A stretch of DNA of 64,000 nt from an uncultured Arcobacter sp. GTDB taxonomy: Bacteria; Campylobacterota; Campylobacteria; Campylobacterales; Arcobacteraceae. Positions 25,238 to 39,629 of the stretch are shown piece after piece. The stretch spans positions 32,001 through 96,000 of the forward strand of contig OZ223302.1 in NCBI GenBank assembly GCA_965140705.1, in the 5' to 3' direction. Below the pieces are notes generated by a model. It ran no database searches. It saw only the letters and a list, made by a program, of their open reading frames with translations, and had not been told where the DNA came from. A program made the position numbers and the translations under genes. Positions within the stretch are counted from its first letter, which is position 1. Every line of letters begins with the position of its first letter.

Positions 25238-28200
25238 TCATTATTAATATAAAACTATTTATATTTTTTCCATTCCTTTAAATAATTGGTAGAAATAAAT
25301 TTTTAAATAATTAATTGTTTAAAATTTAGGAAAAATTATTTTACATCATTAAGTAATTATGAGGAAATAAATAGTTTTTTCTTGCATTTAACAACTTAAA
25401 CAAATTAATATATATTATAGTAATTTTTTAATTAAAATATTATCAATTAGTATTAATAGCAATTGATTATTTGTTTCGTTAAGCAAAGCATTAGCTTTCA
25501 TTAAAAATTACATCTTTTCTTTAATTTTTCCAAGGCATATTTATTCCATAAATATGTTATTTATATATTTTTTCTAGTTTAAAAATTTATATTTAATAAA
25601 TAAAAATAAAACTTTCTTTTTACAGTGTTTTACTTAAAATAAAATATTCACAATATCCAGGGCTAGAACAATCATTTTTTTAGCATCTTAAACATATTCT
25701 TAAATCAAATTATTCCAGAGGGTATTTTAATTATTACTATTCTGTCTATATTGCTTTATTTTCATTATATTCTTATGGTAGCAATGAACACGACATTTAA
25801 GATAAATTTTAACTAATATCATCATTTTATTAGATAAATGGATTTAAATTAAAGGCTCCTTTTTTTTTAATTTCACTTATATTCATTGAAAATTCATGGT
25901 CATATTCAAATTACTCAATATTATTTCCTGAAATTTTCAGTGGGCATTTATTAGTCTTTTTATTAAAATTAGATGTCTCTTAAAAATTTCATTATTAGCC
26001 AGTTTTTGAGTATTTAAATAAATTTTATGATTTTGATTTCTGTAATTCTTCAGGCTAATTCATATAATTTTTAGATTAAGATAAATCTTCCTAAAATGAA
26101 CTAATTATTTCACTCACATCTTTGAAAATTATTAAGAAATAAAAATAAAAAATTACTTTGTTCATCAAAAATATCAGAAAAATCATTAATATTTTTTTCA
26201 AGACATTAATTATAAATATATTCTTATTCTTCATTTTATGAATTAATTGTTTCAATTTTTTTTTCATTAGATTTTTAAAAATTTTATTTCTAAGTTTTAT
26301 TTTGAGGTGATTATTTTAGTGACTAGTAAAAGTTCAGCTATTCTTTGAGTTATTTATTTTCTTATTCAAGCTCAAGGATGGATCTTTAAATTTCATTTAA
26401 CTTTCATTCATATTAATCTATTAAGTATTGCTTTTCTTGATTATTCTATATAAATTTTAAAAATTATTAAATTTAATTTTACTTCTTTTTCTTTGCTTTC
26501 TAATTTATTATCACAATTTTTTTACATTAATTCGAATTTTTCTTCACATGATTTCATGAGTTTCTAATATTATTCTTTAATATCTTAAATTTTTTATTTT
26601 TCTTGTCTGTGTGATTCTTATTTTTCTTTTAATTAATTTAATTCTTTATTTTAGTTTTAGAATTCATAATTTTACTCTTAAATCTAAAGTTATAAATTTT
26701 TAATTTTTTCTTCTTATTATTAAATTTCTTAGATTTAATTAGTGAAGCAGTTTTCAATTTCTAAATACAGTTTTTTTATTAATTCAGTTAATGTATCCAC
26801 ACTAAAATTTTATTTGTTCTGAATAAATTCAGTGAATTATGCTTCTATTACTTCAATTTCATTTATGCTGAATAATTTTGATAACTGCGATATAAATTCT
26901 TGCATTTCTTAAAGAATTCTACAAGTGTTTGAAGCTTCTTCTTTTATTTTCTATTCAAATTATTATTGTTAACTGATTTTTTCTTCTTAAAACTCTTTTT
27001 CCTGCAAAATTTTTGATTCCTTAAATTCTTTCAATTAAAATTCTAAACTTTCAATTTGTTTTTCATAATGAGTATTTGAGTTTTTAATAATTTGTAATTC
27101 GTCATTTTATTTTAATAATTCATTATTTTAATTTTATATATTTTAAATTTTCTTCTAATATTCCTAATGCAATAATTACTTTTGCTCAGATAATTTATCC
27201 TAGATCGCATCTCCTATTTATTGAAATAATAAAATTTCATCACTTTAAAATAAAAATTAAAAAATTTATAAATTTTTACATGTTTTCACATTCAGTTTCA
27301 ATATTTTTTTCAATTATATCTAAATTTAATTAAAGCTTTTTTGCAAGGCATTAAATTTATTTTAAATAATTTTAATTATAGTGCTTTAGTTTTTAACTGA
27401 ATTTACTTTCCATTTATTCTGGAAGATTAATTATTCGCTTTTCAAGTTTTTCTTTTTCTATTTACAGTTGATTAATCATTTCTATATTAGAACTTTCTTG
27501 AAGCTATAGCTTGCTCAAAACTTGAAAAATTAATTTAAAAATTATAAAAACCTTGCAAATTTTTTTCATATTCATCAATTTAATTCTCCTATTAATCTAA
27601 TCAAAATGTTATAAATATTATAGTACTTGATTTTCCAGAAAGTAATTCATTAATCTTAAGCTCATTAGAGTATAATTAATTCAATCTAATGTTTTCTTAT
27701 TTTAATTATTAGTTTTCGATTTCCATTTATTTTAATGCTTAGATTTTTTCTTATCAATCATTTGTATTTAATAATTAAAAATTGCAATCATCAGGAGATA
27801 TCTCTTTAATTGAAATTTGTTCAATTTAATTGAATTTTTCCTCAAATACATTTAAATCATTTTAATTAAATTACTAATTCCTTTTTCTAGTTACAAAATT
27901 AAAAAAATGAACTCTTATAATTAAACTTCAATTGATATTTCTAAATTTTAAATATTTTTTAAATTCTGTTAACATTTATTAATTTCTGACTTAAATGAAG
28001 CAATATTAATATTAAATGAAGATTCTATTTGTTTAAGCGCATCCTTAGAAAAATCCATTCTTTTTTCTTTATATTTTTAGAATTCAAACTGCATATTCTA
28101 AATTAATTAATTAGTTTCTTTTTTCTTGAAAATTAATTTTTTTAGAATCTCTTTTAATTTCAAAATATCATTATTTTTATAAAAAATTTATTAGGATTAT

Positions 28201-28707
28201 TATTAATTATTAATTTTTATTTTCTCATCTTTCTTGCTTTATATTGATGGTGATTATTATTTACATATTTCAGAAAGTGTAAATTTATTGTCTTAAATAT
28301 TCAAAAAATTTTGATTAAAGCTCTAAAAATATTCATTTTCTTTATTATTCATTGAACTAGGACACACTGGAGGCAATGACGATTACATTGGTTTAAATTT
28401 TTCAGCTTTACGAATTTTTGGAGAATAATGTGGTTAATTAGTTTCTTTACTTTCTATAAAAAACAGTGTTTGTCAATAATATTAATTTACTTTCATTTGA
28501 ATTTATTAAATCTTTTAATTTAATTTGATTATTTGAAGAGCTTTAATCTAATGCTAATGGTGATTAAAACGCTGAGGATTTTTCTGTTTCTAAATCCTTA
28601 AGTAAATCATTTAGAATATTGAGATTTTTAGAGCGATCAGTAATAGGTTGCTTTATAGTTGAAATCGGTTTTGGTAATGATTTCTATCTTAAATTCGCTT
28701 TTTTCAT
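25238..28707 (-). CDS. Large coiled-coil hypothetical protein (3' end uncertain; could be more than one gene)
   Basis: Long E/K/Q/N-rich frames with short GT-AG introns, starting MKKANLRQKSLPKP. Confidence 0.5.
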
Positions 28708-28830
28708 TAAAAATAATTTTAGCCTTATTTAAAAAATTAACAGAAAATTTTAAATTAAATTTATTGAAATAAAAATTGCATTTTAGTTAATTAATATTTC
28801 AATAATTCCACAACCAAAAATCAAAAAGAA

Positions 28831-29880
28831 ATGAGGCAATACAATTAATATTTAGAATTTTTTAAAGTTGTTTCGTAGAAAATGTTAGGTTTTTTATTCT
28901 AATAAATTTAAAATTTAAATTAAATATATATAAAATAATTATAAATTTAATTAAGCTTTCGGAAATGTTATTAAATATGAATTTAACGAAATAATGTACA
29001 AGATATTTACGCAAAGGAGTTGGATTTGGCATGCACACTGAATTTTTAGCTTTTGTTGGAATTGGAGTTGTTTTTTCCAAAAACTTTACTTTAAAGCAAA
29101 GATTGATAGTTCTTATCTTGCATATTATTTACTCATTTATTTGAAATTAAAAATTTTTATTTTTAGCAAATTTATTGAATTATTTTATGTTTTATGATTT
29201 GTAATTAGATCGTTTTAAACGCTTTTTGAACATTATTTTTTTTTAAATAAAATCTTCAAAAAATGTTTTTTTTTTTGAGCAAACTAAACATTTTTATTGT
29301 GAAAATAAATTAGTATTTATATTTAATTTTAATATAAACAAAATTTTTTTTGAGAAAAACTTGACTTTAATAAGAACTTACTATTTAAATTGAACATTAT
29401 TCCCTAATGAAGTAAATAAATGCTAATATACAATAACGTTTAGACAAAATCAAATAAAAGCGTGATTAATTTTTAAAATTTAGATAAAATAAAAAAGTAT
29501 TTTGCACCTATGCTAAAACTTTTGGTGCAAAAACAGAGAGTTATAAATAAAATACATCATTACCAACATTTACTCCTCCAGCTTCTGGAACAAATTTTTC
29601 ATTTAGTCTGTCTAATTAATAAACTGATAATAATTCTAGTGAAAATGATAATATAAATTAAGAAAATTTTAAACACGAAAAAGTAGATGGTCCTCTACCA
29701 AATATCATTGAAAAATTTGAAGAAGACGAAGAATTAGTAATAAATTAAAATAGCACTTAATAAAATTTAATTCTTTTTAAAATTAATGATATCTAAGAAG
29801 AAAGCAAAGCAGAAAGTGTTTCGACTGAAGTTCAAAATAAATAAAAAAAATAAGTAGCGAAATGCTGCTTAATTTTTTGA
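28831..29880 (+). CDS. Hypothetical protein ending in a CaaX prenylation motif
   Basis: Last exon ... KKQVAKCCLIF-TGA. The start and exon structure are tentative. Confidence 0.5.
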
Positions 29881-30069
29881 TTAAAACTTTTTCAATTTTT
29901 TTTTCTTTTTATATATAGTATTTTCATATTAAATTCTAGAAATTCATTTCAAAAGACTAATTGTGTTTTTTTTGATAAATGTCTTAATTATATTGATTAA
30001 ATTTATACGCTAATAATTTTATAAATCATAATTATAAAAAATTAATAATATTTTATAATATAAAACGCC

Positions 30070-32612
30070 TCAATTTTATAAATAAAATATAGTAAATAAT
30101 TCATTTGTTTAAATTAAATTCATATTCCTTGTAATTTCATACATTTTCATATAGAAATATAGTTCCTCATCTTAAGTAAAATGAGCATTAATATAATGCA
30201 AAGCTTTTTTCATTTCTTCTTTTGTTATACAACCCTTAGGCAGTTTTTCACTTATAAATTCATAAAAGCCATTAAAAAAATAACTTATGCATACCAATAA
30301 TTACTTAAAAATTATCTTTTAAACTACTAGAATACTTATCAAACTAGATGGATAGTTCATTATAATGCTTTAATTCAGTTTCTTTATCCCAGAGTTAATA
30401 ATATCCAACAAGTTTTTTAAATATACATAAAATTATTGGAAGTTCTTGTGTTCTATTAGGGTCAATCACAATAAAATCTTCTTCATTATTTTCAATTAAA
30501 AAGCGAGCTACCATTAAAATATCACTATCATTTTTTAAATTGAATGGTTATTTTTTTAATATCTATTGCATCTGTTTCAGGGTTGCTGAATTTGATTCAT
30601 TCATTTTTTTTGTAAATAATACCTTTTAGTAATAATTATTTCATTTTATTTTAAAAATAGACTTTTTATATTTCATCATATTTTACTTTATTTAGCAGTA
30701 AATTAAATTTCAGTTCTAAACCTAAATCCTGGACTTAATGAAAAAGGATTTTTGCTTGCTTTCTTTTATCAAATTTAGAATCATTTTCATTAGCTTATTC
30801 AAGTTTAATCTACTGGATTTATGCTTACTACTATAATACTGATTAAAATTATTCTAATAATTCATTATATTCTTCTATTTTCTAATCAAATTTATCTTAT
30901 AATAAAATTTTCTATTTTATTTCCATATCAAGTTAATTCTAAATATTTTCGTTAAAAAAACTAATTTTTTACCTGATAATTAATTGTTGTGGTTACATTT
31001 TTTTCATCTAATTATTAAACATGATTTTATAATCTTTCATTATGTTTTTTGAGTTATTATATGGTTTCTTCTTATTTTCTATTAAAAATAATTATAGCAT
31101 CAAAGCTTTTGTTTTTAACTAAATTTCTTATTTTAATTCCTTTTCCAAATTTTAATAATATTTTTTTGATTATCTGTTTGAATTTCCTTAGCTTTCTTCA
31201 TTTTCTAGTTCCCAATCTGATTAACGATATTTTTTTAAAGTTTTTTCTAATTCTTCAATGATATTTTATTCTTAAGCTAATTATTTCTCTAAACCAGATA
31301 CTTTTGACTAATATTTATCGAATTTTCGCTTCAAAAAAACAAAGTTTTAAAATATGATTTATTATAAACTTATTAAGCTACAATTTATTTATCTTTAACT
31401 TTTATATTCGATTATAATTCAATCAAATTTGCCTAATATTATTTCATTTATTTACATTTTCTTCCATATGTGTTTCTTAATATAAATTTTTAAAATATAT
31501 TAATATTAAAATTTATTGTAACTTATTTATACTTTCTTCCAGCATAACTCTCATTCTTGCTAGTTCATCCTTTTAAGTATTGATTTCAATCTTAATATAT
31601 AATAAATTATTTAAAAATCAATTAAACTTCTAATTCTTAACATTTTGTTGTCCTTTAATCTCTTTTCAATTTTTTTATTTCCTCATCCTTTTTTTTTAAT
31701 GATTCTGATAGAATTTTATTATTTTTTTTCAAATTTGTAATCAAGGATGTTTTCTTTGATAAATAAAGAATAGTAATTTTTTACTTAAATAATATCATTT
31801 ATTTAAGGTGTATCATAATTTATTTATTATTTTTCAAATTATTTTCCTTCTTATTATGATTGTTATTAAATCAATTATTCTTAAATATTAACAAAATTCT
31901 CAAATTGAAAAATTTAATTCTTTTAGAGTGATTAGTTTTAAAACAATAAATAAACTTATAATTACGTATTTTTTGTATTTAATTTTCTATTATATTATTC
32001 TGTAACATTTACAGTATTTCTAAGGGTTTAAATTTCTTCTTAGAGCTTTTCCTTCAAATAATTTATTTTAACTGTAAAAATACTATATCCGGCTTAGAAG
32101 CTGATACAGCAGATATTATTCTTCGATGGTTGCTATATTTTGAATTTGATTCTTTTAATAGAAGACTCCTTTATTTTATTTGTTTTAAAAACAAAGTAAC
32201 TTTAAAGAAGATTTAGCTCATTATTATTAATTATTTTTAGCTAAATATTATTTTCCTTATAATTTATCTTCTAAAATTTATTATTTTATTGAAGTTGAAG
32301 GCCTATTCAATTTTCCTTTTATACTTTTCTATAAATCAATCATGCTTCTTTATTTATTTCATTTTAAGTAATCAATTGTTTAATTGCTATGCTTTTCACT
32401 TTCCATTCCGGATGAAATATTCTTTAACTTTTTACTAAGATTGGATATAAAATATAATAGGCAAACATTTGGAAATTGGTAGAATCAAAAAGTTTCAAAG
32501 ATATTGGCTAGACAAATTCTTGGTTTCTTTCCTTTTTATAAAGAATAAGCAAAAAAATTGTAATTACAAGAATATTTTATTTATCTCTTTGATATTTTTC
32601 AAAATAATCCAT
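30070..32612 (-). CDS. Coiled-coil hypothetical protein
   Basis: Starts MDYFEKYQRD; coiled-coil middle; globular C-terminal part (DILMVARFLIENNEEDFIVIDPNR ... LVGYYQLWD). Confidence 0.55.
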
Positions 32613-32852
32613 TATGAAATAATTAGTTATAATTTTTATTAATGTTTATAAAAAATATAAAATTATTAAATAAAATAAATTTATTTATTTAAATTAACAG
32701 AAAGACTTTCTTAATTTTATCTAGTTAAATTTTACTTTAAACTTAATTCTATTAACTTTTCTTTTTTATTTTAATTGTTTATAATAAAAATTATTTAAAA
32801 ACAAAAGATTATATAATAAAAATATTTAAATATATATTATATTTAATAATAA

Positions 32853-35576
32853 AATGATGTATTAATAAAATGCAGGTTTTAAGTTTTTTTCGTTTGGAGC
32901 TAACAAGAATATCAAAATTATCGAGCAAAGATTTCATCATTAAAATTTTTCAGCTGGAAATAGTCCCTAAAAGCTCAAAGAAAAGTAATTTGAAAATAAA
33001 AATTGAAAAGGAGTAATGCGTTGTCAATATAGAGAATATAGAGAATTACCTAAGCATGGGACCTTGCAATCTAACTTAAAATTTTCTTCAGAAGCATTAG
33101 AAAAGACTAATTATTATTCCCACAAAACTCCTGATAATGAGAAAAAATTGTCAAAGTTATCTAATCTTTTAACATACAGCCCAGAAAAATAATCGCAAAA
33201 TAATTAATAATTTAATAAGAAATTTGGAGTTTCAATTAGTAGAATGGGTCCTCCAAGGTCATTTAAATGTTTGAAAACAAAATAAGCATTAATATCTGGA
33301 AATTATGTTAATTGTTTTTCTATTTAATTTTTATGAATAGAATAATAATACTATCTCGTCGCTGGTGAATTATTAATTACTTTCTAATATTGGTTAAAAT
33401 AGCTCGTAAAATTTGGAACTCAAAACTAAAAATTTAGAATATAGAAAATAATTAATGGAAAAACATTATTAACATCATAAAACTGCAAGTTTACCCCCTA
33501 AAACATCTAAAAAAGGTTTTACTTATTATTTTATGAATTAAAAACAGGTGTATTTTCAAATACAAAAAATATATAAAATTTTGGCGATATAAATCACAAA
33601 ATAGAAAATACTATTATCCCTTTAAGTGATCTTTAAAGAGTAGCACCAATAATTCAATATAATCCGAATCTTACTGCACAGCTCTCCAAATAATCAAATT
33701 AATTTAACTGAACATAGCCAATTGAAAGAAATAATTAATTTTATAAGTAAAGAGCTTAATCAGCAGTCAGCCAATAAGAAAAATTTATAGAATTATAACC
33801 AGTAAAGAAATAAAAGGCAAAATCAATTGCTTAAGCCTAAACTCTTTTAAATAATAAATGAAATAAAGTTTATTAATTATTATTTTTTTATGAGAAAAGA
33901 TTTAATAATAAATACTTAATTCTTCAAAAACAAAAAGATAATCTTAAATGCGCATGAATTTAAGTGCAAAACCTAGATCTTAATTATAATCCGCAATAAA
34001 TATTAAAAATTAATATAAATTTCAAGATTTTGATTCAGAGGGATATAATCAATTAATTAAAAGAGTATAAGAAAAGAATAAAATTAATACAAATGAAAAA
34101 TTTACTTATAAATAATTGAAGAATTTATTAATAAAAAGAGAAGAAATTGAATAACGTAAAATTTTTAGTAGAAATTATAATTCAAAGAAAATATTTATTA
34201 ATTAAACAATGATAGTGAAGAAGAGGATAATGCCGAAATTAATAAAAAAATAGAAAAACAGAATTTTAAAGAAGAATTCCAAGAAAAAGAAAGAGCAAAA
34301 TTGGATCAGTTAGCAAATTTAAAACTATAAGTAAAATTTTAGTTTTTTATCTGGAAAATGAATGAATTAACTCTATTAAAATCAAGGCGAAAAGGCTTAA
34401 ATTGATCCAACTATTCTTAAATTAATTTAAGAACATACTGAAGTAAGAAAACTCTATAGAGAAAAGTAATTATTTGCAATAATATTAAAAATAATAGAAA
34501 GTCAGCTTCTGCCTAATAGCAACGACAAGAAAATTCAAATGATAATTCTATTGAGAGGGAGTAAAATTAATATTATTAAGAGAGAGAATAAAAATTAGTA
34601 AATTTTGAGTAATATTTATAAACAAAAAAATATCAACCAAATGAGGATGAATAATTTGAAAGAGCTTGTCTTCAAGTAAAATAATCTAAAAAACCATTTT
34701 TTTATTAGAAAATTGACTTATTTTAAATTGGGACTTCAAATAGCGTTTTTATAAATAAAAAACTGAAAGCCAAATTTAAGCTTTAATTATAACAATTGAA
34801 AAATGAGTATACTAAATCTCTAAAAAAAGCGAGAACAAAAAAAATGTTATTAAAATATTTAGTTGCTGCATCAATGCATAAAATGACTGTGAAAGATGTA
34901 TTATTTTAATAATTATTTTGAATTTTTAAAAGCTACTGAATTTTAACCCATTAAAAAGAGCTTCCTATAAAAGAGAAGGATCTTTCTGGTTTTTAAAAAT
35001 GATAAAATATGGAAAAATCGAAGAAATAAAAGAAAAATTAAATAACGATAGATATTTAGCTTATGATATGAATGAAGTAATAAATATATTATTTTGTAAA
35101 AAATTTTAAAAAAGCTGTAATAATCTGCTTTGCATATAGCGTGTAAGTGTGGCTGGAAAGATATTATCAAATTATTACTTTCGTATCATGTTTTTATTGA
35201 TTCATAAGATATGGTAATATTTACTTTTGCAAAGTTTTTAATTAGATGGGAAAAACTGCATTATATTATGCAGCAAAGCACTAGGATATTGAAATTTGCA
35301 AAGTATAATTAATTGTTTCTATTAAATTTATTTAATTTAGATGCTTTTTTATTATGGAGCATCACCTTGGTGTATGAAAAATTGCAATTATAATAAGCTA
35401 GATCTTTCTCCAGATTTATTTGCTCTTTTTAAAACGGCAAAGAAAGTATTATTACTTTACTTATTTTTTTATGTTTTTTATTTAACAAATTTTAGTTGTA
35501 AATGGGTATATCACTAGCTTCTTGTAGTAAAAGAGAAGAAATATTCTTAGCATAAAGAGATTAGCTTTTTAAATGA
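32853..35576 (+). CDS. Protein with C-terminal ankyrin repeats (start tentative)
   Basis: LQQSALHIACKCGWKDIIKLLL ... MGKTALYYAAKHQDIEICKMLFYYGASPW. Confidence 0.7.
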
Positions 35577-35669
35577 AATCAGTCTTTTTGTATTTATAAA
35601 TTTTTTTTAAACTTTATAAAAACAAAATAGTTATAATTTTCTACAAATTAATTTTATTTTTATCAAGTA

Positions 35670-38369
35670 ATGCCAAAATCAATCACAATGAGATAAATTG
35701 TTAAAAATATTAACAATGGAAATAATTTGCACTAATTAATGTCCTCAGTTTATTAAAAGTTAAAATAATTTATTTTTAGCTAATTATAGATCTTCGTGCT
35801 GTATTTAATAATTACCATAAATTTCTTATTAAACTGTCAGAGAGGAATGAAAAAAAAAGTAAAGATTTTAGTTTTTTGAAATAAAGCCCTCAGTAACAAA
35901 ACTTTAAAATTGTTCTTCTGCAAATTCCCAAGAAAACTCTTTCAATCACTCAAAAACAAGAAACCTGAGATTAACTCATCATTATTCGGAACCCAAATTA
36001 TAAACCAGTGTAAATTGAACAGAAATTTAAATCCCAACTCATAAATTTCACAAAAATAACTTTAGTATTCCTGTAAAGTACCCAATGTTTTGCACAAGCA
36101 ATTTTAAAAAACTATATACAACTTAATCCTTTGCAAAGAAGGAAGTATAAGCAACTCCTTAAAAAAAATTTGATAGTAAAAAATTTGAGAGTTTAGTTAA
36201 GGGAAAATTTATACACCCTTTGGAAAAAATTATTTATTTAAGATAGGTTTTTAAAAATTCTGCTAAATTAAAGACAAACAGTTTAATAAAGCCGAAAACA
36301 GCGACTAATGATTTTTCAAAACAATAAGCAAATCTTATTTTAAATATTAATTAAAATAATTCTTAAACTGAAGATGCTTCTTAAAAACTTTATTAGTAAA
36401 AACAAAAATTACTTGAATAATCTATTAAGGATACTAATCTGAAATTAAATTTAACAAAATCTCCGTAATTCTTAAACAAAAGGAGATAATTTGTATTATA
36501 TAAGCTTGAAAATGTCTTTTTTGGTAAGAAGTATAATGAAATTGATAATAAAGTTTGGGTAAAAGATTTCTAATGTCCGCCTCGTAATTAAATCTTATTA
36601 ATTTGCTAAAAAACTTTCTTAAATTAGTGAAATTATCTTAATAATAGTTAACTAATAAAATTAAAGGCTATTTTTAAGCAACTTATCATTCAATTGTACC
36701 AAATAATGGAATATCTTTGTCAAACCTATAAAAATATTTTCCAGAATTATTAATGAATTAAAAATAAATTATTTCAAATCAAATATTACTTGCTATGAAT
36801 ATTTCGCCGACAAATAAAAATGAGACTTTTATTAAATTTGATTAATATTATGAATTTTTACAATTTTTTGTATTTCGTGAATGTGGAATGAAACAATTAC
36901 TCTAATTTTTAAATAAAGTTAATTACCTTTTTTAATAATTATTTTAGATATTTAATTCCTAATCGTTTCTTACTTTAAATGTTTAAATAGAAAATGATAA
37001 TTAATTAAGTTACTAAAATAATTACCATAAAACACTTGAAAAAAATCAGTTTTTATTAATAATTCAATAAATGTCTTAAAATATTCCTTAATTATATAAT
37101 TCACTAGTAGAGCTTTTCTATGAATATTAGGTAGTTTCCAGATAAGATGAGATAATTAACTTTAAATAATTCAATTTTTTATTTGAATCAAAGAAAGTTG
37201 ATATACATTTTTTTATCAATATGTTTTTTTTTTGATTTTTTCTATAAGATCAAATAAATGTAATTATTTTGATAAAAATTTATATTAATAATAAATTAAA
37301 ATTTTTTTTCTAACTAACAATGTAAGGACCACTATACAAAGAAATGAAATAACGTTCAAAAAATCAATTTTTCTCTGGACAATTTGATTAACTTTAAGGA
37401 AAAACATCTTAAAGATCTATGCTAAAAACTGCATTATAATCCGATTGCAGTTTAAATAATGAAATTGATTTTAATTCGTAGAATTATCAATTATTTAAAT
37501 AATTTATCAAATAAAAGCAAAAATAATTTGTTTGAGACTAAATGACAAATAGTTAATAGCAATTAACTGAAGCCAACCGTTAAAATGAATATTTATTAAC
37601 AAAATTAAATTAAAATGAACTTGTAATATAAAAACTTTAAGACGAGCTGTAAAATGAAAAATAAAAAACATATACCTCAGAATTAGAGTTATAAAAGGCA
37701 AAAATCAAACTAAGTGAATTAATAGTTGATTATGAATCATGTGAACAAAATTTTGAAGAATTTTAAATCAAAACAAACAATGAACGAAAATCTTTACTTT
37801 AAAAGTTATCAGTACTCGAAAAAGAAATTTCTGGTTGAGCCAATTAAGAAAAACAAATGAAATTAATGTAGGATTAATAGGAGGCAAATGAAAGGGTAAT
37901 TTAGGATTTAAAATTGCAAGTATAAACTCTGAGAGAATATTGAAATAGAGAAAGAGTTCGTTGGGAGAGTCGATTAAATTCGCTTGAGTAAAAATTCATT
38001 TTAGAGTTTTAAGGGGGCAGGAGGAATAATCAACATGAAGTTGATTATACTTTTAGAAAAAATTTAGATTAAAAAATTAATTATAAAAAAAGAGAAATTC
38101 CGTAAATGTTTTTGAGTCCTTAATAAAATAATAATAAGAAAGCAGAAGGAATGTTTAATTTTTCAAATGCAAGTTATTAGAAGTTAAGTAAAAATTTTGA
38201 ATTTATGTCAACTACTTCACCAAAAAATAATAATTCTCTTGATAAAAATTAACTAATAAGTAAACTCTATAATACTTCTTGTAGCAATTTAAAGTAATAA
38301 GAAATTTCTAGCTAAAAAATTTAATAACTAAAAAATAAATATTTATTTTAATTGAACAGCAATTAATGA
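35670..38369 (+). CDS. Hypothetical protein (boundaries tentative)
   Basis: Long Q/K/N-rich reading frames under TAR=Gln; no recognised domain. Confidence 0.45.
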
Positions 38370-38475
38370 GTAGATAGATTTATTTATTTATTTTTTATTT
38401 TATTTCTTTTTTCAAATTTATATATTTACATTTATATATTTACATTTATTTTTATTTAAAATAATTTTGTATTTA

Positions 38476-39289
38476 TCAAAATTTTTCCATTATTTCTTAT
38501 GCCTTTCCTAATTCTTTTCTGAAATTACTAAATACTTCAACATACCTGATATTAATTCCTCAAGTTTATCTCTAAAAATCACAAAATTACATTAAGCTGG
38601 CTTTTCAGTTTCCTAATACGCAATATTTATTGAAGCATATTATGAATAATCTTCAGGTACATTTTTAATTTAATTTGAACTAATCATATCATTTATTGAA
38701 TAATTTATTGAAACAAATTTTGAAGCTAATAATAATTAAAAAAATAACAATAAAACTTCTTGGAAATTTTTTTAATGCTGCATATTTTAATTTTTCTTTG
38801 TTTTCTTTAAATGCTTTTCCAATCATGTCACAATTTTCTTTTAAAATTGAAGTAATATCCAATATTATTGAAATTTACCTTTTGGCAATCCTAAATTAAT
38901 CAACTCTTTTAATAATATAACATCAGAAATATCATATCTAGTTGAATTAGATAAAATAAATTCTAATGATGCAATTATAGAATTAATCTCTTCATTATCT
39001 ATTATTATAAAAATAAAATAATAATTAAAATCTAAAAACTAAATCCAGAATTTCTCAGTAATTGATACACTTTTTCTTGCTAATAAAATCATAAATTATA
39101 ATAAGTTATTTACATTATCTATTTCTTCTAAAAGATGCTAGATAATATGATTAAGGATTAATTTTAATTTAAGTGCAGTCTGAAATAAAATTTATCAGAT
39201 AAATTATTGAGTACTATTTTTCCAATGTTAGCTGATTCAGCTAAAAACCATTCTGGACAAGTAAGATTGCCACAAAATTAAAATCTCAT
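38476..39289 (-). CDS. COMMD4: COMM domain-containing protein 4
   Basis: MRFQFCGNLTCPEWFLAESANIGKI/TALKLKLIL matches the COMMD4 N-terminus; ends LISELGKAQEIMEKF-TGA. Confidence 0.88.
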
Positions 39290-39629
39290 AATATAATCAA
39301 GAAATTATTTTTGAAAAAATATTAAAATTAAACTATAAAATAAAATTAATGCAGAAAAATAAATAAAATTAAACTCTGAAAAATTAGAGATAAAATTAAA
39401 TTATTATTGATGACATGATTATTTCGTTAAAAGTTAAGGTTTTACTAAATTTTTTAATTCTAATTTTCATTATTTTTTAGCCTTTGCAAAGAGATTAGTT
39501 TGAATCATTAATGAGATTCCTCCAAAAACAATGAATAAAATTAATAATAAATATAAATTAATAATTATTGTCAATTTTGTTTTATGTATATATATATATA
39601 TAAATATTAGGATGCTAAATTTCGAATCA

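Noticed and set aside
38415..38450. Short tandem repeat (atttatatatttac)x2 and (TA)n tracts at ~15465, ~39587 and ~44824
   Set aside because: Ordinary intergenic microsatellites, not telomeric repeats.
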